A stretch of 64,000 nt of DNA, from the IMG/VR virus record IMGVR_UViG_3300025387_000009. One strand, 5' to 3'. This document shows positions 1-9,592 of this stretch, piece by piece. The notes under the pieces were generated by a model. That model saw only the letters and a program-made list of their open reading frames with translations, was not told the DNA's origin and did not search any database. Origin of the DNA: a virus (taxonomy: Duplodnaviria; Caudoviricetes). Positions within the stretch are counted from its first letter, which is position 1. Every line of letters begins with the position of its first letter. The position numbers and the translations under genes are program-made.

Positions 1-249
1 ATCGATCCCATGAATCAAAAGTGCTTCTTTTGCTCTATGATTTTTTAATTCCGAAGCATGGTTAACAATTTCAATTTGGGAATAACGAAGTTTTAATTGC
101 TTTTCAAAAAAATCTGGTTTGTAAGTCAAGTAAATATACTTGTTAATAGCCATAGAAACGACTAGTCCGCCATGTTTTGAGTAAAAACTGGGTAGGTCTG
201 TTCCACCGCCACCTAAAGTAATTCTTAAAGGAGTTCTGCTAATGATCAT
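1..249 (-). CDS. hddA: GHMP-family sugar kinase, D-glycero-alpha-D-manno-heptose-7-phosphate kinase (HddA-like), runs off the window edge
   Basis: Not in the ORF track. Hand translation from the ATG at 249 (overlapping the transaldolase TGA) gives MIISRTPLRITLGGGGTDLPSFYSKHGGLVVSMAINKYIY, the typical HddA/GHMP N-terminus. Open to position 1. Confidence 0.85.
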   Translation of the reverse strand, partial: MIISRTPLRITLGGGGTDLPSFYSKHGGLVVSMAINKYIYLTYKPDFFEKQLKLRYSQIEIVNHASELKNHRAKEALLIHGID

Positions 250-953
250 ATGTTCAAATTTGATAATTTTGCATCATCAAAGAACATTTTAACAGTTTCT
301 AAAGAAAAGTCACTTAAATTTTTATCTTTAAGCTTTAATTTTGGTAAAATATCAGGAGTTACTGTAATAATATCGCAACCAGAACGTTCTGCTTCGTATA
401 CATTATACACTGAACGTGTACTCGCCCACAATGTTTCTATTTTTGACTTCCTATCTTTTAAAAATTGCGTGGTTGCAGATGTTAATTCGATTGGATTTCT
501 ACCAGTATCAGAAATTCTACCAGCAAATATTGAAATTATAAGAGGATGAAAAGTTCCTATAAGGTTTTTGATGATGCTTCCAACCTGTACACCATCAAAA
601 ACAGCCGTAACGTTAATTTTTATACCTTTATCATTCATTTTGGTAATCAAATCGACAGTAGAAACACCTTTAGTGTTGGTTATGGGAACTTTCACGTAAA
701 TATTATCACCATATTCTGCAATTTTTTGGATTTGATATTCCATTTCATCCAATTCATCGGCAAAAATCTCAAAGGAAAAAGGTAAATCTGAAATCTTACT
801 AGTTATTTCTTTTATAAATGGAACATATTCGGTAATACCAGCCTTTTTCATGAGGCTAGGATTAGTTGTAAAACCTGTTACTGTTTTATTATTTTCATAT
901 ATGTCAAATATCTCTTTGACATTTGATGTATCAGCGAATATTTTAATGCTCAT
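246..953 (-). CDS. tal: Transaldolase (TalC/FSA family)
   Basis: IFADT, GFTTNPSL, YVKVP (Schiff-base Lys), NVTAVF and SIFAGRISD motifs. Start moved to MSIKIF at 953, just after the gmhA stop. Confidence 0.93.
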   Translation of the reverse strand: MSIKIFADTSNVKEIFDIYENNKTVTGFTTNPSLMKKAGITEYVPFIKEITSKISDLPFSFEIFADELDEMEYQIQKIAEYGDNIYVKVPITNTKGVSTVDLITKMNDKGIKINVTAVFDGVQVGSIIKNLIGTFHPLIISIFAGRISDTGRNPIELTSATTQFLKDRKSKIETLWASTRSVYNVYEAERSGCDIITVTPDILPKLKLKDKNLSDFSLETVKMFFDDAKLSNLNI

Positions 954-954
954 A

Positions 955-1521
955 TTATTTTGTAAAGTAATTAACAACCAAATGTAAAATTATACCTTGC
1001 CATTCTTCTGCATGGGCAGTGACTCTTTCGGGTTTTATAGGCGGAATTAGGATACAAGCATTTGAAAGCTGTTTAGCAACACCACCATCTTTACTCACAA
1101 CAGAAAGTATATAGCTTTTTGTTTTCTTTGCTAATTTCATTGCGTTAACAAGATTTTTAGATGTTGTTTCAGAACCACCGCCAACGGAAAAAATAATAAT
1201 TGCATCCTTTGATGAAAGTTTACTACCCTTTAACCAATTTGCATAAGAATCTTCCCAAGATTCATCGTTTATTCTTGCGGTAAGTTCAGAAACATTATCA
1301 GTAACTGCGTAAGTTTCTATTCCAAGAATCTTTCTAAAATCATTTACGGCATGGCTGGCATTTGCAGCACTTCCACCAACACCTAAAACAAAAAGTCTAC
1401 CTTTTGTAGATTTAATTTTTTTAATTATTTCAATAAATTTAACAATTGAATCCGTTTCAATGTTATCTATAATTGATATTATCTCACCAAAATATGTTGT
1501 AATGTAATTTTTAATTTTCAT
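955..1521 (-). CDS. gmhA: Sedoheptulose-7-phosphate isomerase (SIS domain)
   Basis: GVGGSAANASHAVNDF, TARIND, SVGGGS and AEEWQGIILHL motifs. Confidence 0.85.
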   Translation of the reverse strand: MKIKNYITTYFGEIISIIDNIETDSIVKFIEIIKKIKSTKGRLFVLGVGGSAANASHAVNDFRKILGIETYAVTDNVSELTARINDESWEDSYANWLKGSKLSSKDAIIIFSVGGGSETTSKNLVNAMKLAKKTKSYILSVVSKDGGVAKQLSNACILIPPIKPERVTAHAEEWQGIILHLVVNYFTK

Positions 1522-2150
1522 ATGTAAAAAGTGTATCTACGTCTGATATATTTTCCAAAATTTTGTAATTCTTAGAAGTCATATAAGAAGATATCATATT
1601 ATACCTATATTCGTTACCAGTTTCAATTAAAAAATATTTAGGTTTATATTCATTTATGTCAAATCCATTTAAAACTTCTATTTCATATCCTTCGACATCT
1701 AAACTAAAAAAATCTATATTAGATATGTTATGTTTCTTTAAAATAGAATTTAAAGTTGTACAAGGTACATTTATAATCGAACTGTTTTCGTTTTTAAAAT
1801 CCAAACTGTTTTTTAAATCATCATCAAAATAATTTTCTTTACGAGTAATCTGTCCACATAAAGATGAGGAAATATCACTATAAGAAAAATCACCACTTAT
1901 AGTTTTATCTTCGTAATTATCGCTAACTAATGCATAATTTTCCACTATACAATTTGGTCTATTTTTTTTTACATTCTTCATATTTTATAAAAGAAGGTTC
2001 AATTAGTAATCCAGACCAACCATATTTTTGTTCGTACATTAATGTGTTAGATTGATTAACTCCATCATTAGCACCAGCTTCTATAAAGAATCCATTATTA
2101 AAATTTAAATATTTTAATAATTTTTCGTCTAAATTATTTAAAGAATACAT
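1511..2150 (-). pseudogene. FkbM-family methyltransferase split by a frameshift in an A9 tract
   Basis: The N-half (FFIEAGANDG...GLLIEP, 1959-2150) and C-half (IDFFSLDVEGYE, 1511-1981) join in frame if the T9 at 1962-1970 (+ strand) is T8. Confidence 0.8.
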
Positions 2151-2151
2151 T

Positions 2152-2871
2152 TTACCCCTTTAAAAAAAGCTCATCGATATCATCATATTCCATTAAATCT
2201 ACTAATTTAGATTTTTTTTCTGGGTGTGTAAAATTATCATTGTATTGATAAGGAGGAGTAAAATCCATTTCAAAATTTTCTTCCCATAAAAAGGCAATTT
2301 CCGTTTGTAAATCTCCGAATTTATTATGATACGCCTGACTAGAAGCAAAATTAAAATTTACATGCTCCATTAATCCCATTTTAGGGTATCCACAAAATAC
2401 TTTATTTTTAATAGTGTAAATCCACCTATGGTGATGATACCCCAAATAATTTCCTTCCCATCTCTTCGTATCCATGTATTTAGTTGGAACTGCAATCAGT
2501 CCTGCGTCCGCTATTTTGAATAAATTTAAAATAACCTGAATAGGTGCATTAAGATCTTCTAATGTATGAGTGCATACCACGAAATCAAACTTACCATTTT
2601 TCTCGACGTATTTAAAAATAGGAGTCCACGTATCATTTAATTCCATATCTCCACCAAATTTAATAACATTGTCATTTTTTAATTTTTCTGGTTGAAAATC
2701 TAAAATATGAGTTGTGTATTCTGGTATTCTTAATTTGGCAGCACCACCAATATCTATTAATGTAATATCTCTCCCCTTTTTTTGTTTTAATTCATTTAAA
2801 TAGTCATAAACTTCTTTATCCTTGGTGTGTTCATGTTCACCATTCCAACTGGATTTTATATATTTTATCAT
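2152..2871 (-). CDS. Class I SAM-dependent methyltransferase-like protein
   Basis: LIDIGG motif I and FDFVVCTHTLEDL. Confidence 0.65.
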   Translation of the reverse strand: MIKYIKSSWNGEHEHTKDKEVYDYLNELKQKKGRDITLIDIGGAAKLRIPEYTTHILDFQPEKLKNDNVIKFGGDMELNDTWTPIFKYVEKNGKFDFVVCTHTLEDLNAPIQVILNLFKIADAGLIAVPTKYMDTKRWEGNYLGYHHHRWIYTIKNKVFCGYPKMGLMEHVNFNFASSQAYHNKFGDLQTEIAFLWEENFEMDFTPPYQYNDNFTHPEKKSKLVDLMEYDDIDELFLKG

Positions 2872-2874
2872 ATT

Positions 2875-3549
2875 TTATATTAATTTAAATAAACCTTGAC
2901 TGTAGCTTTCTTTTTGATGTAGCAATGGCTGATAATCAAAACCAGTATCCAATAAAAATTCAGCAAAAGCTTTAATCTCATGATTTCGGTAATCATCATA
3001 ATCATTGATTTCATCAAACAATAATACCGAGCCTTTTTTGAATCTAGGAGTCAATTCTGTTAAAACTGTTTTAGCGGATGAATATAAGTCACCATCAATA
3101 TGAACGAAAGCAACATCACCTTCAAACTTTTTTAAGAAAAGTGGTAAAGAATCCTCGAAAAGACCCTTTATAAGTTTTACGTTTTCGGGCCATGGCTTCC
3201 AATTTTGTGGAAGGCTACTATCAAACATAGAATGATTTTCGCCAACAATATAACCTGGTGGTACATTACCACCTAAACTATAACAATTTTTTGGATTATT
3301 TGAATCCCAATACTCAGGTAATCCTTCAAAGCAATCAAAGCCATATATTTCCTTTGGTGCTTTTCTGGAAAATTGTTCAATACTTCTTCCAGTAAATACA
3401 CCAAATTCTAACCATAATCCATCAAGTTCAACGTATTCGGTGCATTTTAAATGAAACGTTTCATGATAATCATGAATGCAATCCGTTACAATTGCTTCGG
3501 TTCTGAGTCTATGTTCTATTTCGTCTATTTTTTCTTCTACTGTTTTCAT
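2875..3549 (-). CDS. TylF/MycF-like sugar O-methyltransferase
   Basis: WLEFGVFTG, YGFDCFEGLP, LIKGLFEDSL and AFVHIDGDLYSS motifs. Confidence 0.8.
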   Translation of the reverse strand: MKTVEEKIDEIEHRLRTEAIVTDCIHDYHETFHLKCTEYVELDGLWLEFGVFTGRSIEQFSRKAPKEIYGFDCFEGLPEYWDSNNPKNCYSLGGNVPPGYIVGENHSMFDSSLPQNWKPWPENVKLIKGLFEDSLPLFLKKFEGDVAFVHIDGDLYSSAKTVLTELTPRFKKGSVLLFDEINDYDDYRNHEIKAFAEFLLDTGFDYQPLLHQKESYSQGLFKLI

Positions 3550-3553
3550 ATTT

Positions 3554-4645
3554 TTATTTAGAGAGGTTATCGTATAAGTCTATAATAGATTGTTCAACTT
3601 TTCTATAATCATATTTTTGATAATATCTAGTTAGAGTGTTTTCGCTTTTTTCGACATAGTAATCTTTATTATCTCTTAACAATGATAATTCTGATGCATA
3701 TTCTTCAACTGAATATGCCACCTTTCCACATCCTTCTATTTGCTCTAAATGTCCCATATTTAACGCAGGATGACTTACAACAGGTTTACCGTGATACATT
3801 GCTTCTATTATTGAAGCAGAACAAACCTCGCCGTCTGATCTTGCATGAGCAAAAACATCAATTCCTTCTAAATAATTGTGAATGTTTTCAACAGAACTTG
3901 TAAATTTTACAAAATAAACATTTTTAAGCTGTAATTCTCTAGCTAAATTTATATGTTGTTCACTTCCACCCAGAATAATAAAACAAGTATTGTCATTCTG
4001 CACTAATGAATATGCTTGCAAAGAAACAGGTGAAAATATATCACCTCTGGTTGCTTGGTGAAAGCCGTATACAAATTTATCCTCACTTATACCTAATAAT
4101 TCTCTAATATTTGATTTCTTTTTTTCTGGTACTTTTACAATAGATGGGATTATTTCGGCTTTTGATATATTACCACCATTAGCTCCCCATTTATCAGCTT
4201 GCCATTTGCACAATAAAATAGCTTTCTTAATGTTTGGTTTATCTTCTCCTGTAAAACTATGAATGCTATCAATGATTGAACATTGGTTAATTAAATTAAA
4301 TGGATATTCGGGATAACCACATCTACCAGTTTGCACAAAATCATAATTGGATTCTTTAAAAATATCCCAAAAATTAGTACCAACCCATTCATACGGTTCA
4401 ACGTTACCGATTTTATGATCAACATGAACTTGGATTGTTTTTATACCATTGTTTTCTACGAATTCTTTTCTTTTGAGGTCGTTATCAGGATGTTCAAAAC
4501 TAGAATACCAAAATGGTGCGGCATTAGTGTAAAAATAATCAACTTGATAACGATCTTTAGGTAATAAACAAGCTATAGTCTGGAGATATTTTTCAATTCC
4601 ACCGGAAGCTAATCCTGCAAATTTAATAAATGCTATTTTTTTCAT
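3554..4645 (-). CDS. Glycosyltransferase, GT-B fold (GT4-like)
   Basis: GGIE N-terminal motif; DVFAHARSDGEVCSASIIEAMYHGKPVV. Confidence 0.85.
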   Translation of the reverse strand: MKKIAFIKFAGLASGGIEKYLQTIACLLPKDRYQVDYFYTNAAPFWYSSFEHPDNDLKRKEFVENNGIKTIQVHVDHKIGNVEPYEWVGTNFWDIFKESNYDFVQTGRCGYPEYPFNLINQCSIIDSIHSFTGEDKPNIKKAILLCKWQADKWGANGGNISKAEIIPSIVKVPEKKKSNIRELLGISEDKFVYGFHQATRGDIFSPVSLQAYSLVQNDNTCFIILGGSEQHINLARELQLKNVYFVKFTSSVENIHNYLEGIDVFAHARSDGEVCSASIIEAMYHGKPVVSHPALNMGHLEQIEGCGKVAYSVEEYASELSLLRDNKDYYVEKSENTLTRYYQKYDYRKVEQSIIDLYDNLSK

Positions 4646-5358
4646 TATCTTTGTCTTTGTCCCGAATCTAATGTTGATGTATATAATCCGGTTCTAGAAC
4701 CTTGTGTCGCTATAGATGGATACCACCAATAGGTTTTAGCATCAAATTTATATAACTGATAAGCAATCTCCCAATCGGAAACTAATTGGAATGGAACAGC
4801 CGATTCATATATTTTAGATGCTATTTGCGGTTTTAAAAGATAAGCTTCTGCACAATTTGTTGCAGGATGATTCATTAAAAATGAATTCTCGCTTACCTTT
4901 TTACTTTCCATAAGTTTATGACTTTGAAAATTGACACCACATCCTTCGCCTAAGAATATCGCATCCCAATCATTTGGTGTTTCTTGAAAATATTTCTTAT
5001 AAAAACTGTTAAAATTACTATTAAACAGTACATCATCTTCTAAAATAAGACCAAAATTTTCACATTCAATTGAAAGTTTTTTAATTGCAATCAAGTGTTT
5101 GATTGTACATGATATTTCAGGCATATTTAATACTCTGAATTTATGAATATTAGAATCCCATAATGGTTTAATTTTATTTGCAAATTTTTCTTCATCCGCA
5201 AGATAAAATTGATTTAAAACATCTACATTTAAATCTTCTTTATCGTATTCTGTTATAAATTCATAAGGAATTTTACAATTTTCTAAAAAAGGAATTAGAT
5301 TGGAGTATCTATCATTTAATTTAGTGTAATGAACTATGTAAATTTTATCAGGTTTCAT
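4645..5358 (-). CDS. Glycosyltransferase family 25-like
   Basis: IYIVHYTKLNDR, SCTIKH, LILEDD and AEAYLL motifs. Confidence 0.75.
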   Translation of the reverse strand: MKPDKIYIVHYTKLNDRYSNLIPFLENCKIPYEFITEYDKEDLNVDVLNQFYLADEEKFANKIKPLWDSNIHKFRVLNMPEISCTIKHLIAIKKLSIECENFGLILEDDVLFNSNFNSFYKKYFQETPNDWDAIFLGEGCGVNFQSHKLMESKKVSENSFLMNHPATNCAEAYLLKPQIASKIYESAVPFQLVSDWEIAYQLYKFDAKTYWWYPSIATQGSRTGLYTSTLDSGQRQR

Positions 5359-6257
5359 TTAATTTGATTAGAAATCAAGGTTATAACGGATTCAGGTTGA
5401 ACGAAATCGGGTATCTTATTATCAATAAACCAAGGTTGGCGCAATATATTTTTATATTTTTCAATATCTGAATCTATCTCTTTTATTTTTTCTATGACTT
5501 CTTCATCTGAAGAATAATCATGGCAATTTATAAATGATTCGGGATTAAAATCCTTATTAACAGATTTAGACCCCCAATAAATTGGAACGCACATTGCAAA
5601 CATAGAATGTATTATCTTTTCGGTGCAATATCCAAGAGATTCGCAATTTTCCATTGCAATATTAAATTTACATTGTTTTAACCAATCAATTTTATATTTT
5701 TGATCTCCTCTTGCCCAATTGCCTTTAGAATCAAGCACTAAATGCCCCGTATTATTATATAAAGGTCCGACACAATCTACTTTCTTATAGTTGTTTAGCT
5801 TTGGAACGAACTCAACTCTTTTACCTTTAGGTTGTGTTGCCATAAATCCACAAAATTTAGTCTTATTAATTTGCTTTGGCTTATTTAAAAAATCTTCTAA
5901 TGAAACCAAATTTGCTTGATCTCTATCATCATTATATGGGCGATTAAACCAATTTAAATATAATGCCCATAAAGGTAAACGATACTCTCTAGGATCATCG
6001 GAATGACGAAAAGTATAAGCTAAATGGCATTCATTCCAATTTGGTGCTACGTCCTCACCCGTGTAAAAAACCTTTAGACAATTATTATAGCGATCTCTTT
6101 CCCTTGCATTACCATAATCAACAGAAAAAAATAAAATATCTGGATTTACTTCATCAATTTCTACATCATATTTTGTTTTTAATAGATTGTAAAAATAATT
6201 GTCATCTTTAATAAGATTGGGCCAAAAGTCTACAAAGTTTAATTTTAATTTTCTCAT
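5355..6257 (-). CDS. Glycosyltransferase family 10 (alpha-1,3-fucosyltransferase-like)
   Basis: KFNIAMENCESLGYCTEKIIHSMFAMCVPIYWG, the GT10 alpha-1,3 motif. Confidence 0.85.
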   Translation of the reverse strand: MRKLKLNFVDFWPNLIKDDNYFYNLLKTKYDVEIDEVNPDILFFSVDYGNARERDRYNNCLKVFYTGEDVAPNWNECHLAYTFRHSDDPREYRLPLWALYLNWFNRPYNDDRDQANLVSLEDFLNKPKQINKTKFCGFMATQPKGKRVEFVPKLNNYKKVDCVGPLYNNTGHLVLDSKGNWARGDQKYKIDWLKQCKFNIAMENCESLGYCTEKIIHSMFAMCVPIYWGSKSVNKDFNPESFINCHDYSSDEEVIEKIKEIDSDIEKYKNILRQPWFIDNKIPDFVQPESVITLISNQIK

Positions 6258-7288
6258 TTTAAAAAGGTTTCGATGATTTTCTCCATGTTATATTCTTGTT
6301 TCCAGTTTGGAAAATGTCTTTTAAATTTTCTAGTATCAGAAATCCACCATATATGATCTCCTATTCTATTTTCGTCTTTAATAGTATAGTTTAATTTCTT
6401 ATTTATCATATTTTCTATTAAATTGATAGCTTCTATGACAGAACAATTTGAATATGTTCCTCCTCCAATGTTATAAACTTCACCATTTGCTCTAGGTGAT
6501 TCAAAATATGCATCAAAGGCAGATATTAAATCCGAAGAATGGATATTATCTCTTACTTGCTTACCTTTGTACCCAAAAATTGTATATGGAATATCATTTA
6601 CGCAACATTTTACCAAATATGAAAGAAATCCATGAAGTTCAACACCGGAATGTTTTTGTCCAGTTAAGCAACCACCTCTAAATACAACGGTTTTTAAATT
6701 AAAATATTTTCCATATTCTTGAACCATTATATCAGCAGCCACTTTACTAGCACCAAATACACTATGTAAACAATGATCTATTGATACCCATTCATCAAAT
6801 CCATTTTCATGATCGGGTAAAAGAGGAGTGAATCTAGTTTCATCTTCGTGTAATGCAATTCTATTTGGTGTATCGCCATAAACCTTGTTAGTTGATGTGA
6901 AAATAAATACTGCATCAGGTGAATACAATCTATAAGACTCTAAAAGGTTAATAGTACCGACTGCATTTACATTAAAATCGGTTAATGGTTCTTTACATGC
7001 CCAATCATGAGAAGGTTGAGCCGCCGTATGAATGATAAGGTCAAAATTACCCTGCTGTATAAAAATATTTTCAACTTCTTCTCGGTTAACGATATTAGAA
7101 TTATAGTGAGTATAGTTTTTATGTTTTTTTAATTCGTTAAGTCTCCATTCAACTGATCCACCTTTACCAAAAAAATACTCTCTAAAATTATTATCGGTTC
7201 CCACAACCTGATAACCTTTATTGCAATAATATTCAACGGCTTCGGAGCCAATTAATCCACCAGAACCAGTAATTAAAACTTTTTTCAT
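6254..7288 (-). CDS. NAD-dependent NDP-sugar epimerase/dehydratase (CDP-paratose 2-epimerase-like)
   Basis: ITGSGGLIG, HTAAQPSHD, TSTNKVYGD, FGASK, GKQVRDNIHS. Confidence 0.88.
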   Translation of the reverse strand: MKKVLITGSGGLIGSEAVEYYCNKGYQVVGTDNNFREYFFGKGGSVEWRLNELKKHKNYTHYNSNIVNREEVENIFIQQGNFDLIIHTAAQPSHDWACKEPLTDFNVNAVGTINLLESYRLYSPDAVFIFTSTNKVYGDTPNRIALHEDETRFTPLLPDHENGFDEWVSIDHCLHSVFGASKVAADIMVQEYGKYFNLKTVVFRGGCLTGQKHSGVELHGFLSYLVKCCVNDIPYTIFGYKGKQVRDNIHSSDLISAFDAYFESPRANGEVYNIGGGTYSNCSVIEAINLIENMINKKLNYTIKDENRIGDHIWWISDTRKFKRHFPNWKQEYNMEKIIETFLK

Positions 7289-7291
7289 GCT

Positions 7292-8056
7292 TTAATTTAT
7301 CCAGTTCCTTACTTTATTCCAATCCTGACCACCAGCAAAATGTCTTATCATAACATTATCAATTGATACTCTGTTTATATTAAAACTACCACCTGTTTCA
7401 CCAATCCATTCGGTTACATTAAACCCAGTATCAAATATATGAACATTTTCATTTAATTCATCAATTGAATACACCACATCTTCGTTTATTTCACTATGAA
7501 ACCCATTATTTGGATATTCCCAAAAAGATTTATCAGAGTGTCTTTTAATACCTGCTAAACTATACCAACTCGCTTGCTCTCTAAACTCATGCCAAAAGCT
7601 AGATTGAATTTGAAATCTTTCGTGTATTGAGATTTTATTATTTAATTTATTAAATCTATCATCTGATAAAATATTATTAATAAGCTTTTTTGACCATTCA
7701 TTAACTTTTATACTATACCAGCCCATACAATGGGTGTTACCGGAATCTATGGCGTATGAAAATGATTTTGGTGTTTCAATTGAGACCGAATCATTAACAA
7801 AATACATATCTGCATCAATGTGTGCAAGCATATCGTCATCTACCAGAGTTCCCTTATCAATTAAATTCTTTACAATTGAAAATTTCCACCATGTTGGATT
7901 ACCCCTATACAATTCAAGGGGTGCATCATTACCTATTACAACATATTTAAACCCATGTTTATCACAATATGCTTTATTTCTTGGTGAAATTATCTCATCA
8001 AAAATTTGTTGTCGGTAATCGTTATAACGTGCTATTACAAATAATATTTTTTTCAT
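7292..8056 (-). CDS. GT-A glycosyltransferase (GT34/GMA12-MNN10-like)
   Basis: AYCDKHGFKY, WWKF and AHIDADMYF (DXD) motifs. Confidence 0.6.
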   Translation of the reverse strand: MKKILFVIARYNDYRQQIFDEIISPRNKAYCDKHGFKYVVIGNDAPLELYRGNPTWWKFSIVKNLIDKGTLVDDDMLAHIDADMYFVNDSVSIETPKSFSYAIDSGNTHCMGWYSIKVNEWSKKLINNILSDDRFNKLNNKISIHERFQIQSSFWHEFREQASWYSLAGIKRHSDKSFWEYPNNGFHSEINEDVVYSIDELNENVHIFDTGFNVTEWIGETGGSFNINRVSIDNVMIRHFAGGQDWNKVRNWIN

Positions 8057-8934
8057 TTCTGCAATGTTTTTAAGATATTAACACAAGTTCCTTCTAAAGT
8101 AAAATACTTTGGGTAAATTTCTTTTATTTTTTCAAGCATGAAATTATATCTTTCATCGGATATTGATTTTAATATACCATCTAAATTTTCAATATCATCA
8201 AAATCAACTAATACACATATATCATGCCAGTTTATATCATCGATAAAAGGTAAAAATGGTTTTTGGTAATAAATATAAACCGGAACTGAACCCAATTGCA
8301 TTGATTCATATAGTCTAAAACTGGTTGCACCATAACCCCTTGGACATAAGGTAAATCTACTACGAGCAGTAGTAGTTAAAAATAAATCTATCTTTTCTTT
8401 TTCTACATTAGAAGACCAACTTTTAGTGTTTAATACATATTCACACTTTCCATTTAAAACTTCTAACATTTTATTTCTAATATCGTGTGATATTTTCCCC
8501 CAAAATGTATCCCCATATGTTACGCTACCTACAAAACTACAGAATATATCTTTATCAAGAATTGGTTTGTTTGGTATTTCGCTGCAAATTAAGGGAATTG
8601 GTATTGTATTTGGTACATTCCCACCAGCGGAAAAATTTATTGTATTTATAGGTAGCTTTAAAGATGGCGCATCATCATGTTGTGATACTGTAAAATATTT
8701 TTTTGATCCATCTAATTCCTTTAGATCTTTTTGTAAATCAGGAATCATAGTTAATGCTTTTATGTAGATATCAGTCCACATGATAGGTATATACTTTCTA
8801 TCTAACTTTTCAAATTCATCATAATTTTTTAAATAAAAATCTAAAAAGTATTGCTCCAAATATTTTCCTTGATGATAAGGCGGATATTGTGGATATTCTG
8901 CCTTTATACAGTATTTTTTAAATTGATCTAGCAT
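8053..8934 (-). CDS. Exostosin-family glycosyltransferase (GT47-like)
   Basis: SRFTLCPRGYGATSFRLYESMQLGSVPVYI...LPFIDDINW. Confidence 0.82.
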   Translation of the reverse strand: MLDQFKKYCIKAEYPQYPPYHQGKYLEQYFLDFYLKNYDEFEKLDRKYIPIMWTDIYIKALTMIPDLQKDLKELDGSKKYFTVSQHDDAPSLKLPINTINFSAGGNVPNTIPIPLICSEIPNKPILDKDIFCSFVGSVTYGDTFWGKISHDIRNKMLEVLNGKCEYVLNTKSWSSNVEKEKIDLFLTTTARSRFTLCPRGYGATSFRLYESMQLGSVPVYIYYQKPFLPFIDDINWHDICVLVDFDDIENLDGILKSISDERYNFMLEKIKEIYPKYFTLEGTCVNILKTLQK

Positions 8935-9592
8935 CGTATTTCTCCTTTACTAAATTTAACATTTTTATTTTATTTTTAAAAGGCGTTGCCCAATTAGCAT
9001 GATGAATTACAATATCGCTAGGTATATCAAAAGGCTCTTCGCCTGTCCAAGTTTTACCTGTTCTAGCTGCTATTTCACCATAAGTCCAGTATTTTACTGG
9101 TAGCATTTTCCAATTAAATGCAATCTTTTGATAAATTGGAAAATTTCCCAATAAATGATTAAAACATACTTGTTCTTCTGGAAAATGATGAAGATTACCT
9201 TTAACAGTCTGAAGAAATGCACGGGTTTTGGGCGTAGATCTCATCATAAAAAAACCAGTGTTGACACCTCCACCAAAATCATTTTGAAAAATTGCATCAG
9301 CATCACCAAGATAATTTAATATTTCATCATGAAAAGGTTTAAAAAACTGAATATCTGGATCAGAAAACATAAAACATTTTCCATTTTCCGTTTCATAAGC
9401 GGCATCAATAAAACATTGAACCTTATACATCATTGTATCTCTCCAACCCTCACTATGAAATTCTGAACTAGGACAAACTTGTGGTTTAAATTTAACAACA
9501 AGTTCTAAATTTGGATCAAAAGGAAAACTTTTTATAAAATAATCCTTGAACATCCCATAATGAGATTCTGTAAAAACTGTATATAGTTTCAT
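8918..9592 (-). CDS. Nucleotide-diphospho-sugar transferase (GT77-like)
   Basis: FMFSDPDIQF, NTGFFMMRS, EQVCFN and IHHANW motifs. Confidence 0.7.
   Translation of the reverse strand: MKLYTVFTESHYGMFKDYFIKSFPFDPNLELVVKFKPQVCPSSEFHSEGWRDTMMYKVQCFIDAAYETENGKCFMFSDPDIQFFKPFHDEILNYLGDADAIFQNDFGGGVNTGFFMMRSTPKTRAFLQTVKGNLHHFPEEQVCFNHLLGNFPIYQKIAFNWKMLPVKYWTYGEIAARTGKTWTGEEPFDIPSDIVIHHANWATPFKNKIKMLNLVKEKYDARSI

Noticed and set aside
246-953. Transaldolase as a cyanophage-type photosynthesis/pentose-phosphate auxiliary gene
   Set aside because: Its neighbours are gmhA and hddA; no psbA, hli, zwf, gnd or cp12 is visible
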